58,452 nt of DNA from Peptococcaceae bacterium (lineage in GTDB: Bacteria > Bacillota > Desulfitobacteriia > Desulfitobacteriales > Desulfitobacteriaceae). The notes below the pieces were generated by a model. It did no database searches. It was not told where the DNA came from and worked only from the letters and a program-made list of their open reading frames with translations. Each line of letters starts with the position of its first letter. Position 1 is the first letter of the stretch. The DNA lies in contig JAITOS010000043.1 of assembly GCA_031289815.1 (NCBI GenBank), forward strand, positions 1 through 58,452. Reading direction: 5' to 3'. Positions 15,105 to 24,518 of this stretch are shown here, one piece after another. Both the position numbers and the translations under genes were made by a program.

Positions 15105-16040
15105 TTGTTCGTTATCAGTCTGGCTCTGCTGGTTGGCGTCCTTGGCATCCTCGGCGGCATGAAGATCATGCGCCACGGTCTGCAAGCCTTTGCCGGTTCG
15201 CATTTGCGCCGGTTGCTGATTTGGATCACGCAAACCCCCAGCCGCGGCTTTCTCAGCGGCATCCTCCTCACTGCTTTGCTGCAATCCAGTACGGCTTTGA
15301 CGGTGATGTCCGTCTCGTTTGTTGACGCCGGCCTCCTCTCTTTAGAAAATACTCTGGCCTTGATCCTCGGCAGCAATATCGGCACGACCGTCACGACTCA
15401 ACTCCTGGCGTTTCCCCTGCATCAGCTGGCCGTCATCCTCTTGCCGGTCAGTACGATCGGTTACGTATGGCTCCGCAGTCGCTTTCGTTTTTTCGCTTTA
15501 GCCCTTTCCGGCCTGAGTCTGCTCTTCTGCGGAATCGCCCTCCTTCAATCCCTTTTATCACCATTGGCTGAAACTCCCCTGATTCAAAATTATTTACACA
15601 GCCTGGGAGATCATCATTTGCGGGGAATCCTGGCCGGAACCCTGCTATCCGCCTTGCTTCATTCTTCTTCGGCGACGACCGGAATTGTGATGCTTCTGCT
15701 CTCCGAAGGCTGGTTAACCCTGCCCACCGCTTTCTGCTTCGTCCTGGGCGCGAATATCGGAACCTGTTTTACCGCCGTCGCCGCCTCCTTAGCAAGCTCG
15801 CCGCCGGCCCGAAAAGTTGCCGTTTTCCACGTCCTGCTCAACGTATTCGGCGTGTTGCTCTTTTTTCCCTGGATTCAGCCGCTGAGCCGGTTCATCACTT
15901 GGTTCGACGGCAATCCGGCCCGTCAGGTCGCCCACGCGCATACGATTTTCAATCTGGCTTCCTCCCTGATCGTCCTGCCGTTCCTTTCCCTCATCGTCCG
16001 ATGGCTGCCCCCATTCGGCCAGAATTTTAATAATTCCTGA
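15105..16040 (+). CDS. Na/Pi-cotransporter family membrane protein (short form)
   Basis: Repeated LLQSSTA / LLHSSSAT and GSNIGTT / GANIGTC motifs typical of Na_Pi_cotrans domains. The listed ORF start 14703 overlaps the divergent GNAT gene. Start set at in-frame TTG 15105 (gaggtga upstream) but it is uncertain; GTG 15096 is the alternative. Confidence 0.7.
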   Translation: MFVISLALLVGVLGILGGMKIMRHGLQAFAGSHLRRLLIWITQTPSRGFLSGILLTALLQSSTALTVMSVSFVDAGLLSLENTLALILGSNIGTTVTTQLLAFPLHQLAVILLPVSTIGYVWLRSRFRFFALALSGLSLLFCGIALLQSLLSPLAETPLIQNYLHSLGDHHLRGILAGTLLSALLHSSSATTGIVMLLLSEGWLTLPTAFCFVLGANIGTCFTAVAASLASSPPARKVAVFHVLLNVFGVLLFFPWIQPLSRFITWFDGNPARQVAHAHTIFNLASSLIVLPFLSLIVRWLPPFGQNFNNS

Positions 16041-16048
16041 AGCTACAC

Positions 16049-16077
16049 TTGACTATCCGCGCTCTTATAAAGATAAT
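16049..16077 (+). promoter_or_regulatory. Sigma-A type promoter candidate
   Basis: TTGACT (16049-16054), 17-nt spacer, GATAAT (16072-16077), 60 nt upstream of the ATG at 16139. Confidence 0.5.
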
Positions 16078-16138
16078 TAGAGTCATATATCAACGTCCGC
16101 TCACATCAGCATCATGGTTATGAGGAGAAGTTCAGATT

Positions 16139-17155
16139 ATGCCTATACAGAGAAGCGTTCGCGCCCAACAAAAAACTCACCGAAAAAAGAGATTGCGTCT
16201 GAAAATGGTGTTCACGTTCATTGTCTTTCATCTCATCTTTGCCGCCTTAATGTCCCCCTTTATTCTCTTTTGGGGTCCCTTTGAATCCTTGAAGGTCATC
16301 GCCGTCGGTTCTGTTTATACCTCCCGCCACCCGCAATATGTCCAGTACTTCCTGTCGGAGGACCGGATAACGAATATTATGCATACGTATGACAACCGGA
16401 TCCCTTCTTCCATAAAAGTCGATCGGGTCAGCGTCGTGACCAACGCCGACGAGGGGATCACGATTGAGGATATTGAAGGCCGCAATTACTATGGTCTGCC
16501 TTACAAGGGCAAAGTCATGCTGATCAGCGATCCGAAAAGGGTCAAGATCGCGCTCACCAGCCAGATCGGCGTCGCCGGCGAGCGGCTCACCGACATGATC
16601 CGCAACAGTGAGGCGATTGCCGGCATTAACGCCGGCGGTTTCTACGATCCGGACGGCAAAGGCAACGGCTCTTTCCCGGACGGAATCACGATTCATAACG
16701 GCGAGATCGTCCATAACAGCGCCGACGGCAAGGCGCAGGATATGATCGCCTTTGACGCTCAGGGAAATCTCATTCTGGAAACCCTGACCGCCAGCCAGCT
16801 CGAAGAAAAAGACATTCAGGAAGGAATCTCTTTTTATCCTAACCTGATTAAAAACGGCAAAACCCTGATCACCGGCGACGGCGGCTGGGGGACAGCCCCT
16901 CGTACCGGCATCGGTCAAACCGCCGACGGAACCGTGATCTTTGTCGTGATCGACGGTCGTCAGCCGCTTTGGAGCAATGGCGCCGCTTTAAGCGATTTAA
17001 TGAAAGTCTTTATAGACTACGGCGCAGTCACCGCGGCGAATCTGGACGGCGGTTCCTCCTCGGAAATGATTTATGACGGCAAGATCCTGAACAAACTTTG
17101 GAACGTCTTCGGCGAACGCTATATGCCCACCGCTTTTGTGGTTATGCCGAAATAA
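16139..17155 (+). CDS. Phosphodiester glycosidase (DUF2233/NAGPA-like) family protein with an N-terminal membrane anchor
   Basis: 338 aa. GINAGGF, PRTGIGQT.DG....VVIDGRQ and ANLDGGSS motifs. gaggag RBS. Confidence 0.75.
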   Translation: MPIQRSVRAQQKTHRKKRLRLKMVFTFIVFHLIFAALMSPFILFWGPFESLKVIAVGSVYTSRHPQYVQYFLSEDRITNIMHTYDNRIPSSIKVDRVSVVTNADEGITIEDIEGRNYYGLPYKGKVMLISDPKRVKIALTSQIGVAGERLTDMIRNSEAIAGINAGGFYDPDGKGNGSFPDGITIHNGEIVHNSADGKAQDMIAFDAQGNLILETLTASQLEEKDIQEGISFYPNLIKNGKTLITGDGGWGTAPRTGIGQTADGTVIFVVIDGRQPLWSNGAALSDLMKVFIDYGAVTAANLDGGSSSEMIYDGKILNKLWNVFGERYMPTAFVVMPK

Positions 17156-17161
17156 CTCTTT

Positions 17162-18025
17162 TTAATACGCCGGATCGGTCAGCCGCCGCTCGAACTCCGC
17201 TATGCCCATATCCGCATAACAATACACCCTTTTTACCCGCATCGGATCCTCGTCTCTGTGCGCCCAGCCCCGTTCCGTAGTCACCGCCATCGTATAACCG
17301 CTGTCCTTTACCGCTTGCGCCACGCGCTCGTCAAAGACCCCGAAAGGGTAAGCAAAAAATTTGACGGGCCGGTCGAGCTGCGCTTCCAAAACGGCTTTAG
17401 ATCCCGCTAATTCTTCCTCCAGCGCCGCTGCCGTTGCCTCGGTCAGATAAGGATGCGTCGCGGAATGCCCCTCGAGCCTCCAGCCGTTTTCCTGTAGCGC
17501 TTTGAGTTCCGGCGCGCTCAGATAGCCTTGCTCCCCGATATAATCCGTGATGATAAACACCGTAGCCGTATAGCCATATTTTTGGAGAACCGGCCAAGCG
17601 TTCTGATAATTATCCTGATAGCCGTCGTCAAAGGTGATCACTACCGGTTTCGCCGGTAAGCCGCCGGTTCCGTACAGCCCGTCGTACAGTTCATCCAGCG
17701 TGATCCCCTGATAATGGTTGTCCGCTAAAAATTTCATCTGCTCTTCTAATTGGGCCGGAGGCATACAAAGCTCATTCCCCGCTTCTATCCGGACAGAGTG
17801 GTAGTAAAGCACCGGTACTTGCGCGTGCTGATAGGCCGTGTCCTTTGCCGGCGCTTCTTCTTGCGCTTCGCGCGGCTCTTCCGTCCCCGGCGCCGGGGTT
17901 CCCGCCGGTGATTGGGCGTCGCCGCAGCCTAAAGGCGCGAACAGAAGGCAAAGTACGAACAAAGCGGCTATCCAGCGGCAGGCGTTTCGTTTCGCCCGCC
18001 GTTTTCCGTTTTCTTTTTTCAACAT
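17162..18025 (-). CDS. Polysaccharide deacetylase (NodB homology) lipoprotein
   Basis: 287 aa. Lipobox LFAPLGC. VLYYHSV and TFDDGY motifs of NodB-type deacetylases. Confidence 0.85.
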   Translation of the reverse strand: MLKKENGKRRAKRNACRWIAALFVLCLLFAPLGCGDAQSPAGTPAPGTEEPREAQEEAPAKDTAYQHAQVPVLYYHSVRIEAGNELCMPPAQLEEQMKFLADNHYQGITLDELYDGLYGTGGLPAKPVVITFDDGYQDNYQNAWPVLQKYGYTATVFIITDYIGEQGYLSAPELKALQENGWRLEGHSATHPYLTEATAAALEEELAGSKAVLEAQLDRPVKFFAYPFGVFDERVAQAVKDSGYTMAVTTERGWAHRDEDPMRVKRVYCYADMGIAEFERRLTDPAY

Positions 18026-18034
18026 GTCCCCCTC

Positions 18035-20068
18035 TTAATCATGTACCAGGAGTTTGTCCATTTGGACGATTCCTCCCTCACGATAAACCTCCAGTTTTTT
18101 ATACGCCTGTTCGATCTTGATGATCTCTTTATTCACGGCGATAATGACGTTCGGATGGCAGTAGCCGACGCTCAGCCGCTTGCTGCCGCTGATCTGAACC
18201 AAGGTGCTGCTGACTCCGGAACCGCCCAGCTCCTGGATGATCACATTGCCGCCGGCGATGATCTTGCCGCCACGGCACACCCCTTTAATCAAGACGTCCT
18301 TCTCCGCTTTGATGGAGCAATTATATACCGCTTTTTCACAGCGGAAAGCCCCGCTCGATTCTACGACCGCTCCCTGGATATAAGAAACATCGCAAACGAT
18401 CTCTTCGGCGGAATCTTCCTGCGCCTCTTTAAACGCTTCTGCCAATACGCCGGACGCTTGCCTTAAAAACTGAACGGATTGATCCTTTAAGGGTTCTAAG
18501 CCCGACAAAGAATGCCGGATAACGCGAACGGCCAGTGATAGCTCCTCCGTCACCTTATCGTTCGGATTGGCCGTCAGGTACTCTTCGGCGGCGACCGCTT
18601 GTTTCGGTAATCCCGAATAGCGTTTTTCCAGGATGAGCTTCAGGCATTGCCCCGGTTTAAAGCCATTTTCTCCAGCCGTGACGTGCAAATCATCCGTATC
18701 CTTCAGCGCCGCCAGCACCTGACCGTGCAGTTCTTGCAGCCTGCTCGCGATTTCGCTCTTCACCACGGACTGGTAGCCGACTGTAATCTTGCCGCCATGC
18801 ACGGTCTGCCGGATTTTAACCCCTTTATCTCCCCGGATTTCCGCGTGAGACACGGAGCCGCTGATTTCGACGTTGCCGCCTGAAAAAATATGCAGCCCAT
18901 CCTGAACATCCCCTTGAATCAAGACATTGCCGGGAAAATCGATACTCCCGGTGCTTAAATCGACGTCATGACGCAGCATAAAAACTTCTTCCACGGCATA
19001 CGCGTTCGCCTCTATCCGTACCGGCCGTCCGGCGCACTCCGCAATAAGTTCCAAGCCGTCGTCGGAAAGCCGGACGTTCTTTTTCGGCTTCAAGGGGATA
19101 TCCTTGAGAGGCTTTACCGAGGTTTCCTGACCAAAGACGTCGATTCCGGGAATTCCCGGAATCCCCGGCGTTTTGCGGGCCAAAACCGCCCCTTTTTCTA
19201 TCAGTACGATTTTTGAGGCAAAATAATCGATCTTATTTTTATCATCTGCCTGTTCTTCCTCCAACGCCGGTTTAGCGTTCACGCAATCTTGAATCACCGG
19301 CGGCTGGGCCGGAAAGGACAAGGTTCCCTCCGCCACGACCACTTCGCCAAAATCCTCAATCTTTATTATTTCGTCCCAGGCGTTCTCCTTACCGCCATGA
19401 ACGATCTTTTTCTCCGCCAGATCCTGGGCATAGCGCTCCGCCGTCCAAAATTCTCCGATCTCTTCCCCGGTTTCCCAGCGTACCTGATTGCTCAGATTCA
19501 AGATGGAATCACTATATAATTCAGCCGCTAAACAGGCTTTTTTCGCTTTCTCATGCTTCACCGCCGCCACCGCTTTGAAGCCTTTATCGCGCACTTCCAA
19601 TTGCCAGGTCCGTCTGCCCGGCAAGATCAAGGGTTTAAATTCCAGGCGATCTCCCTCTGCGAGCGCCGACCGCTCCTCGATCTCCCGGTCATTCAAAAAA
19701 GTCTGTCCGGCTTGCGGATGAGGAACAACCGTTTGCACCCTCGCTCCGATCGTCAGACGATAGCGATCTTCCAGCCAGTCAGTCCGTGTACATTCCGCAA
19801 GGCGTTCCGGCTCCGGGGCCTTATCCGCAATCTCCGGGACCGTATCTTCAACCTTCGGGGCTGTAGCCTCAACCTTCAGGGCTGTATCCTCGGCCTCCGA
19901 CTCCGGCTCCGACTCCGGCCAGCGAATGCTCACTTTCCATTTCCGGTTGAGGAGGCTGGGCTTTTCAAGCACTTCTAACTCCAATTTATCCGGGGCGCAA
20001 TTGGTTCTTTCGGCCCATTCCTTACGAATTTCTTCCAGCGATTTCCCTTGGACAACTTGTCCGCTCAT
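18035..20068 (-). CDS. FapA-family (DUF342) protein
   Basis: 677 aa. Beta-helix-like repeats (GNVLIQGDV..G..IFSGGNVEISGSV, GGKIIAGGNVIIQELGG) and an N-terminal FapA_N-like region. gaggaggg RBS. Its stop is 9 nt from the deacetylase start. Confidence 0.7.
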   Translation of the reverse strand: MSGQVVQGKSLEEIRKEWAERTNCAPDKLELEVLEKPSLLNRKWKVSIRWPESEPESEAEDTALKVEATAPKVEDTVPEIADKAPEPERLAECTRTDWLEDRYRLTIGARVQTVVPHPQAGQTFLNDREIEERSALAEGDRLEFKPLILPGRRTWQLEVRDKGFKAVAAVKHEKAKKACLAAELYSDSILNLSNQVRWETGEEIGEFWTAERYAQDLAEKKIVHGGKENAWDEIIKIEDFGEVVVAEGTLSFPAQPPVIQDCVNAKPALEEEQADDKNKIDYFASKIVLIEKGAVLARKTPGIPGIPGIDVFGQETSVKPLKDIPLKPKKNVRLSDDGLELIAECAGRPVRIEANAYAVEEVFMLRHDVDLSTGSIDFPGNVLIQGDVQDGLHIFSGGNVEISGSVSHAEIRGDKGVKIRQTVHGGKITVGYQSVVKSEIASRLQELHGQVLAALKDTDDLHVTAGENGFKPGQCLKLILEKRYSGLPKQAVAAEEYLTANPNDKVTEELSLAVRVIRHSLSGLEPLKDQSVQFLRQASGVLAEAFKEAQEDSAEEIVCDVSYIQGAVVESSGAFRCEKAVYNCSIKAEKDVLIKGVCRGGKIIAGGNVIIQELGGSGVSSTLVQISGSKRLSVGYCHPNVIIAVNKEIIKIEQAYKKLEVYREGGIVQMDKLLVHD

Positions 20069-20780
20069 CGGCGTCCCTCCTCTTTCTCTTACGGCGTTTT
20101 ACCCCCTTGGCTATGTACCCGCCTGTTCCTATCAGCCCTTTATTCCCGGGCAAATAGCTTTCTCTTCTGTTTGATTTCGCCCTCTCCGGCAGGTTTCTCT
20201 TTCGCGTCCAAAAAATAACCTTTTTCTTATTATCGGCATCCTAGCGCCTAATCTTCAGCCATCTTCTCTTCATTCCGGCTCATTGCCTTCCATCCAGCCC
20301 GCGCTACTTTGATGATCGCTATCCGGGGCCCTTTGCCAAGCAGCGGCGCGCCCATTGGGCGATCATGTCACTATCATAACCGGCGGCGTAAAGCAACCCG
20401 CGCAAACCAACAAAACAAGACCCCGCCCAGCCTTGCCCTTGTTTTGTTCCCGCTTATAGGCGGCCATGCGGCAGTCCGTTCCGCCGCCATGCCGTATACC
20501 GTATTTTACCCATCTCGATTTCCGTCTGTTGGCGTCGGCGCTGGCTTCGATACCCGGGCGCGCAGGCGATTATTCGTCATATCCGTATCCAGACAGATTT
20601 CCGCCAACGACAAGCGAACTGCGCTTCAAAAAATATAGCCGCTCGTTCGACAACATTTGTGCAACGCTACCGCACCTTTTTCACGATTTCGACAGCCATA
20701 ATCCTTTACGATATCTCTTGTAGCCTTCACAATTTTTTACGTTAGCTTTTACAGAACCAGGAACAGGAGGAATTGCACTG

Positions 20781-20981
20781 ATGTTTTCGCACCATCGCAC
20801 CACCACTGTCAAACGCGCCGTCTATCCCGCGGGACAAGTCGTCATTCCCTTTGCGCCCTATCTTCAGGCGAAACAAAGCCGCTCCTGTATCTTCTGCGGG
20901 CAGGCCTTATCCGTTCACGTCTTTAAAGACCGGCACGTCTGCCTTTCTTGTCTCAAGCATATTTCCGCCCTCTTCGCCTAG
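20781..20981 (+). CDS. Hypothetical 66-aa CxxC...CxxC protein
   Basis: Strong RBS (acaggagga, 9 nt spacing). CIFCG....CLSCL suggests a zinc ribbon. No family recognised. Confidence 0.4.
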   Translation: MFSHHRTTTVKRAVYPAGQVVIPFAPYLQAKQSRSCIFCGQALSVHVFKDRHVCLSCLKHISALFA

Positions 20982-21004
20982 AAGGCGCGGCTTTGCCCCA
21001 TCTC

Positions 21005-21586
21005 TCACTTGGGAAATACGTCCAGCAAGTGAGGAATAGCGTTTTTCTGAATGATCAGTTTGCCGTGTTCATTGAGAAACGCCTTCGTCAATATAGAAAA
21101 TACGCCAAATTCATGAAGGACCGCTTCGGCGGTGCGGCGCTTTTGGCCAGCGCCTAAACGGCTCAAAATCAAATAATACGCGTCTTCATACTCATAAAAA
21201 TCCGAATTCAGCTGATTAAAGACCGGCAGCAGCTTCGCCGCCGTCAAAACGTCTTCAAAGTCATTGAATTTAAATACCCATTCCAGCCCTCTGCCCCGCG
21301 CCGATTTCTTTTTTTGCCGGTCTTTGGCGTGAAACTCAGCCGTCTCTTCCTGTTTCATGACCGTAATCACAAACTCATCATTGGCCGATAAGGTCGCCTG
21401 AATCCAGAAAGGCTGATCCAGATTGAATTCGACCTCTTCCCTTGCCTGATTGATTAACTCCCAAAACAGCTGTTCCGTTTTTGCCGTGCGCTGAAACAGG
21501 TCCGCCAAGGTAATATCCCGATCCGCCAATTCATTAAAGGAGATGAAGATGCGGATCATATGTTCATTAATTTTTTGGATACGCAT
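21005..21586 (-). CDS. mecA: Adapter protein MecA (ClpC adaptor)
   Basis: Start set at MRIQKINEH (gaggtggg upstream). The MRI..IN...I.I.IS..EL..R and EFVITV strings are typical MecA. Confidence 0.85.
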   Translation of the reverse strand: MRIQKINEHMIRIFISFNELADRDITLADLFQRTAKTEQLFWELINQAREEVEFNLDQPFWIQATLSANDEFVITVMKQEETAEFHAKDRQKKKSARGRGLEWVFKFNDFEDVLTAAKLLPVFNQLNSDFYEYEDAYYLILSRLGAGQKRRTAEAVLHEFGVFSILTKAFLNEHGKLIIQKNAIPHLLDVFPK

Positions 21587-21673
21587 CAGTCCCACCTCGA
21601 CTTCCCCGCTCGTCTTATTTCATATTTCCTGAGCCATGCGCGATATCGTCACCGTATTATAGCATACTTAGCA

Positions 21674-21702
21674 ATCATATGAAAAATCCTATTTTTTGTC
21701 AA
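21674..21702 (-). promoter_or_regulatory. Sigma-A type promoter candidate for mecA
   Basis: Minus strand TTGACA (21697-21702), 17-nt spacer, TATGAT (21674-21679). Confidence 0.6.
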
Positions 21703-21798
21703 TCTGTCCGCCTCCGTGTCTACCGGTCCGGCTTCGCCAACGAAAACCGCTTCAATCGCTTGCGCACGCTCGCTGCAAAAGCCAGCGGTGAGAATTAA

Positions 21799-21809
21799 CA
21801 CCAGGTGAT
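21799..21809. repeat. Partial copy of the CACCAGGTGAT palindrome
   Basis: aacaccaggtgatcat, 53 nt from the full copy at 21852-21864. It is preceded (21725-21795) by cttcgccaacgaaaaccgc...gcaaaagccagcgg, which resembles the C-rich units at 86-186 and 2431-2520. Confidence 0.55.
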
Positions 21810-21849
21810 CATCTCCCCTTTATCTTGGCGTCGGGGTGCTGAACCAAAA

Positions 21850-21893
21850 TTATCACCAGGTGATAATTCCAGCGTGAGAAACTTTTAGAAGCG
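21850..21893. repeat. Second copy of the ~44-nt palindrome-containing block (ATCACCAGGTGAT at 21852-21864)
   Basis: See 2209-2252. Same orientation, conserved through cttttag. Confidence 0.7.
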
Positions 21894-21922
21894 GCTTCTA
21901 AAGGCTCTTTCGGTGCTTCCCA

Positions 21923-22378
21923 TTACTCTGCGCGAGATAATACCCGACATTTGACGACCCGCTTTTGCCGGAGCAGATAGGTTAGTTCCACTTGATCGCC
22001 GACGTTCAGCGCTCTAAACACCGTCTCATCGACGACGAGCTGTTCCCGCTCTTCGTCATCCGCGCCGATGTTCAGAAAGTATCGCTCCTCGCCGGCGATT
22101 TGTTCCAGGGACTGTATCTCGCTTTGAATGACGAGCGGACGGTCAAGCCAATCTCCGTAGGCGGCGCTGAATACAACAAAATAAACGCCCATCGCGAGTC
22201 CCCACAACAGAGATTTTCCCACGCACGCCAGATAATCAAGAATATCCCGCCGACGCGGCCTTTTTCTCAGCCAATATTCAATGATCCGATAGGCGCCAAA
22301 CATCTCCGCCAAAAAAAACATAGCCGTCGCAGGCCATGTTGTCCAGAATAAAAAAACATAATACTCAATCATACGCAT
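21923..22378 (-). CDS. Hypothetical membrane protein (2-3 TM segments plus a soluble C-terminal domain)
   Basis: 151-aa ORF downstream of the flagellar block. No recognisable family. Confidence 0.5.
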   Translation of the reverse strand: MRMIEYYVFLFWTTWPATAMFFLAEMFGAYRIIEYWLRKRPRRRDILDYLACVGKSLLWGLAMGVYFVVFSAAYGDWLDRPLVIQSEIQSLEQIAGEERYFLNIGADDEEREQLVVDETVFRALNVGDQVELTYLLRQKRVVKCRVLSRAE

Positions 22379-22513
22379 ATTTCACGACCGGCCTTGCCGA
22401 ATCGCCGACAAGGTCTTCTTTCTGAAACGCTGCCTGTGCTTATCCTACTGTATTTCTGGTTTCTTTGTCAATATGTTTCGCTGCAATCTTCAGCAATCTT
22501 CCCTGAGGCTCCC

Positions 22514-23275
22514 TTATGGTAAGCGGGAAACAATCTTATTGACATACGCCTGGGTCTCCTGATAAGGAGGGATCCCGTGATATTTGTCAACCGCTCCGGG
22601 CCCCGCGTTATAGGCCGCCAACGCCAAGGGAACGTTCCCCTGGTAGCGATCCAGCAAATCCTTCAGGAGATGCGTACCGGCGTCGATGTTTTGCGCCGGA
22701 TCCAACGGCTGATTCACCCCATAGGACTTGGCTGTTCCCGGCATAAGCTGCATCAGACCCATCGCCCCGGCCGGAGAAACGGCTGAGGCGTTAAACGAAG
22801 ATTCCGCCTGGATCACTTGCCGGATCAGGTTCTCATTGACCCCATATTTTTTCCCGGCGCCGCCGATGAGGGCCTCCAGCGACGCTCCCGTCCCGGCGCT
22901 ATAGGCGGCGGCATACGGGTTCGTTGACGCCGCGCCCGCGGAAGCGGCGACCGGCGTCCGAACGGTTGACGTTGACGGCGCTGACACTGACGCTGCCGAC
23001 GCGGCGGGGATCGTCCTGCCATTTAAGGCGGCGGTTGACGCGGTCAGCAAGGCCGCCAGCGCTTGCAGCTCATCCGTATCCGTATCCTCCTGTGCGGACA
23101 AAGCCCCTTGCAGCGCTTCTTCTAAAAAAACGCTGAATAACTCCGATCCCCCCAGGGAATCCGCACTCTTTTCCTTATCGCCGTCCAGCGAGCCGATACG
23201 GGATACGGCGGCTGCTTGCTGCAAGGTGTACAATCGCAGGAGCTCCTGCGCGTTCATATTGATGTCCAAAGTCAC
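22514..23275 (-). CDS. Flagellum-associated lytic transglycosylase (SLT domain, FlgJ/SltF-like role)
   Basis: C-terminal SLT motifs (QAESSFN...[24 protein letters not shown]), an Ala/Ser/Thr-rich linker, and position directly after the rod genes. Start ambiguous (GTG 23275, TTG 23269 or ATG 23257). Confidence 0.75.
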   Translation of the reverse strand: MTLDINMNAQELLRLYTLQQAAAVSRIGSLDGDKEKSADSLGGSELFSVFLEEALQGALSAQEDTDTDELQALAALLTASTAALNGRTIPAASAASVSAPSTSTVRTPVAASAGAASTNPYAAAYSAGTGASLEALIGGAGKKYGVNENLIRQVIQAESSFNASAVSPAGAMGLMQLMPGTAKSYGVNQPLDPAQNIDAGTHLLKDLLDRYQGNVPLALAAYNAGPGAVDKYHGIPPYQETQAYVNKIVSRLP

Positions 23276-23283
23276 TCACCTAT

Positions 23284-24045
23284 CTATATTTTTCCGATTT
23301 CGTTGACCGCTTTATCCAGGGTCGCGTCTTCGGTCTGGATCAAACGCTGATTGGCTTCGTAGACGCGCATAATCTTGATCATCTTGACCATCTGCCCTGC
23401 CAGATCGACGTTAGAACCCTCCAGAAACCCTTGTTGAACCTGCACCGTTCCCGGAATCATTTCCTGCGCCGGCTGCCCCGGCGAGGTGTATAAGGACTGG
23501 CCCTCTCTTTGCAGGAGGTCAGGCTCTATCGTCACAAAACGCAGCTGCTGCACTCTGCCCGGATCCCCGTCTTCCACAATTCGTCCATCGCCGTCAATGA
23601 TAAAGGGGCTGCCGTTCAACTGAACCGCCCCGTTCTGCCCCAGGACCGGATAGCCTTCCGCCGTTTGCAGGACGCCTTCCCGAATCTGGAACTGCCCGTT
23701 CCGCGTGTAGCGTTCTCCATTCGGCGTTTGCACCACGAAAAAGCCCTGGCCGGCCAAGGCGATATCCGTTTTTTCCCCGGTCTCCTGCAACGAGCCCTGA
23801 TCGCCGATCTTGGTTATCCGATCTACCATCACCCCCGTACCCATATTGCCGATACGGACGGATTCCGGGATAGTGGAGGCGATCAATTGATTGCGCTGAA
23901 TGGGCAAGGTGGGAAAGGCCAGGAGCGTGCTGAATTCTTCTTTATAGCCGGTCGTCCGCAGGTTGGCGATATTATCCGCGATCACTTCGCTTTGCGTTTG
24001 CGCCGCCAGCATTCCGGAACCTAAGGTATATAAGCCTCTAATCAA
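23284..24045 (-). CDS. flgG: Flagellar basal-body rod protein, FlgG/FlhP-like
   Basis: 253 aa, TTG start with aaggagga. N-terminal MIRGLY...SGM.AQ......ADNIANL.T.GYK and C-terminal GFLE.SNV.....MV.MI...R.YEANQ. Confidence 0.8.
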   Translation of the reverse strand: MIRGLYTLGSGMLAAQTQSEVIADNIANLRTTGYKEEFSTLLAFPTLPIQRNQLIASTIPESVRIGNMGTGVMVDRITKIGDQGSLQETGEKTDIALAGQGFFVVQTPNGERYTRNGQFQIREGVLQTAEGYPVLGQNGAVQLNGSPFIIDGDGRIVEDGDPGRVQQLRFVTIEPDLLQREGQSLYTSPGQPAQEMIPGTVQVQQGFLEGSNVDLAGQMVKMIKIMRVYEANQRLIQTEDATLDKAVNEIGKI

Positions 24046-24106
24046 GGAACGTCCTCCTTTGCCGCTGATTCTCTTTTAGCTGATCCTCTTTTACCTTACG
24101 GAATCA

Positions 24107-24514
24107 TCAGGGATCCCCTTTAATGACCGTTCTGAATTGCGCTAATTTCATGCTCAAGGAAGCCGTTAAGCCGTCATAATAGAGGCCGTTTTCGGCCACA
24201 TTCGTCATTTCCCGCTCAATATCCACGTTATTGCCGTCGTTGCGTAAAAGCGTGCCGGTATCCTTGATCACCGCGCCTGACGGCGTTTCCGCTCCCGGCA
24301 GATGTTTCCAGGAAGTCAGCTTCAGCGGCAGCTCCGGCAGGGCGCTATCCCGCAGGGTTGTGGCCATCACCGTGGGGAAATCGACGTCCGAGCGCTTAAA
24401 GCCCGGCGTGTCAACATTCGCTATGTTATCCGCCAATACCCTCTGACGCAGGCTGGAGGCGTCCAGGCCCGTTTCCAGGGAACGCAGCGGAAACCCGTCT
24501 AACCAAGTGAACAT
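24107..24514 (-). CDS. flgB: Flagellar basal-body rod protein FlgB
   Basis: 135 aa. LRQRVLADNIANVDTPGFKR.DVDF and DGNNVDIE.EM..VAEN.L.Y are FlgB signatures. Confidence 0.85.
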   Translation of the reverse strand: MFTWLDGFPLRSLETGLDASSLRQRVLADNIANVDTPGFKRSDVDFPTVMATTLRDSALPELPLKLTSWKHLPGAETPSGAVIKDTGTLLRNDGNNVDIEREMTNVAENGLYYDGLTASLSMKLAQFRTVIKGDP

Positions 24515-24518
24515 CGCC

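Noticed and set aside
20230-20237. Sigma-28-like -10 element GCCGATAA on the minus strand, ~165 nt upstream of fapA
   Set aside because: No TAAA at the required 15-16 nt spacing; the nearest candidate is ATTA at 11 nt. A lone -10 match is expected by chance.
20380-20415. Possible c-di-GMP-I (GEMM) riboswitch because of gcgtaaagc and cgcaaacc strings upstream of fapA
   Set aside because: The strings are on the plus strand, opposite to fapA. Their order is reversed relative to the GEMM-I consensus, and I could not draw the P1/P2 tetraloop-receptor architecture. A cmscan would be needed to revisit this.
20309-20723. Plus-strand ORFs of 109 aa and 85 aa in the long spacer
   Set aside because: No Shine-Dalgarno sequence, an Arg/Pro/Ser-rich low-complexity composition, overlap with each other in different frames, and no motifs.
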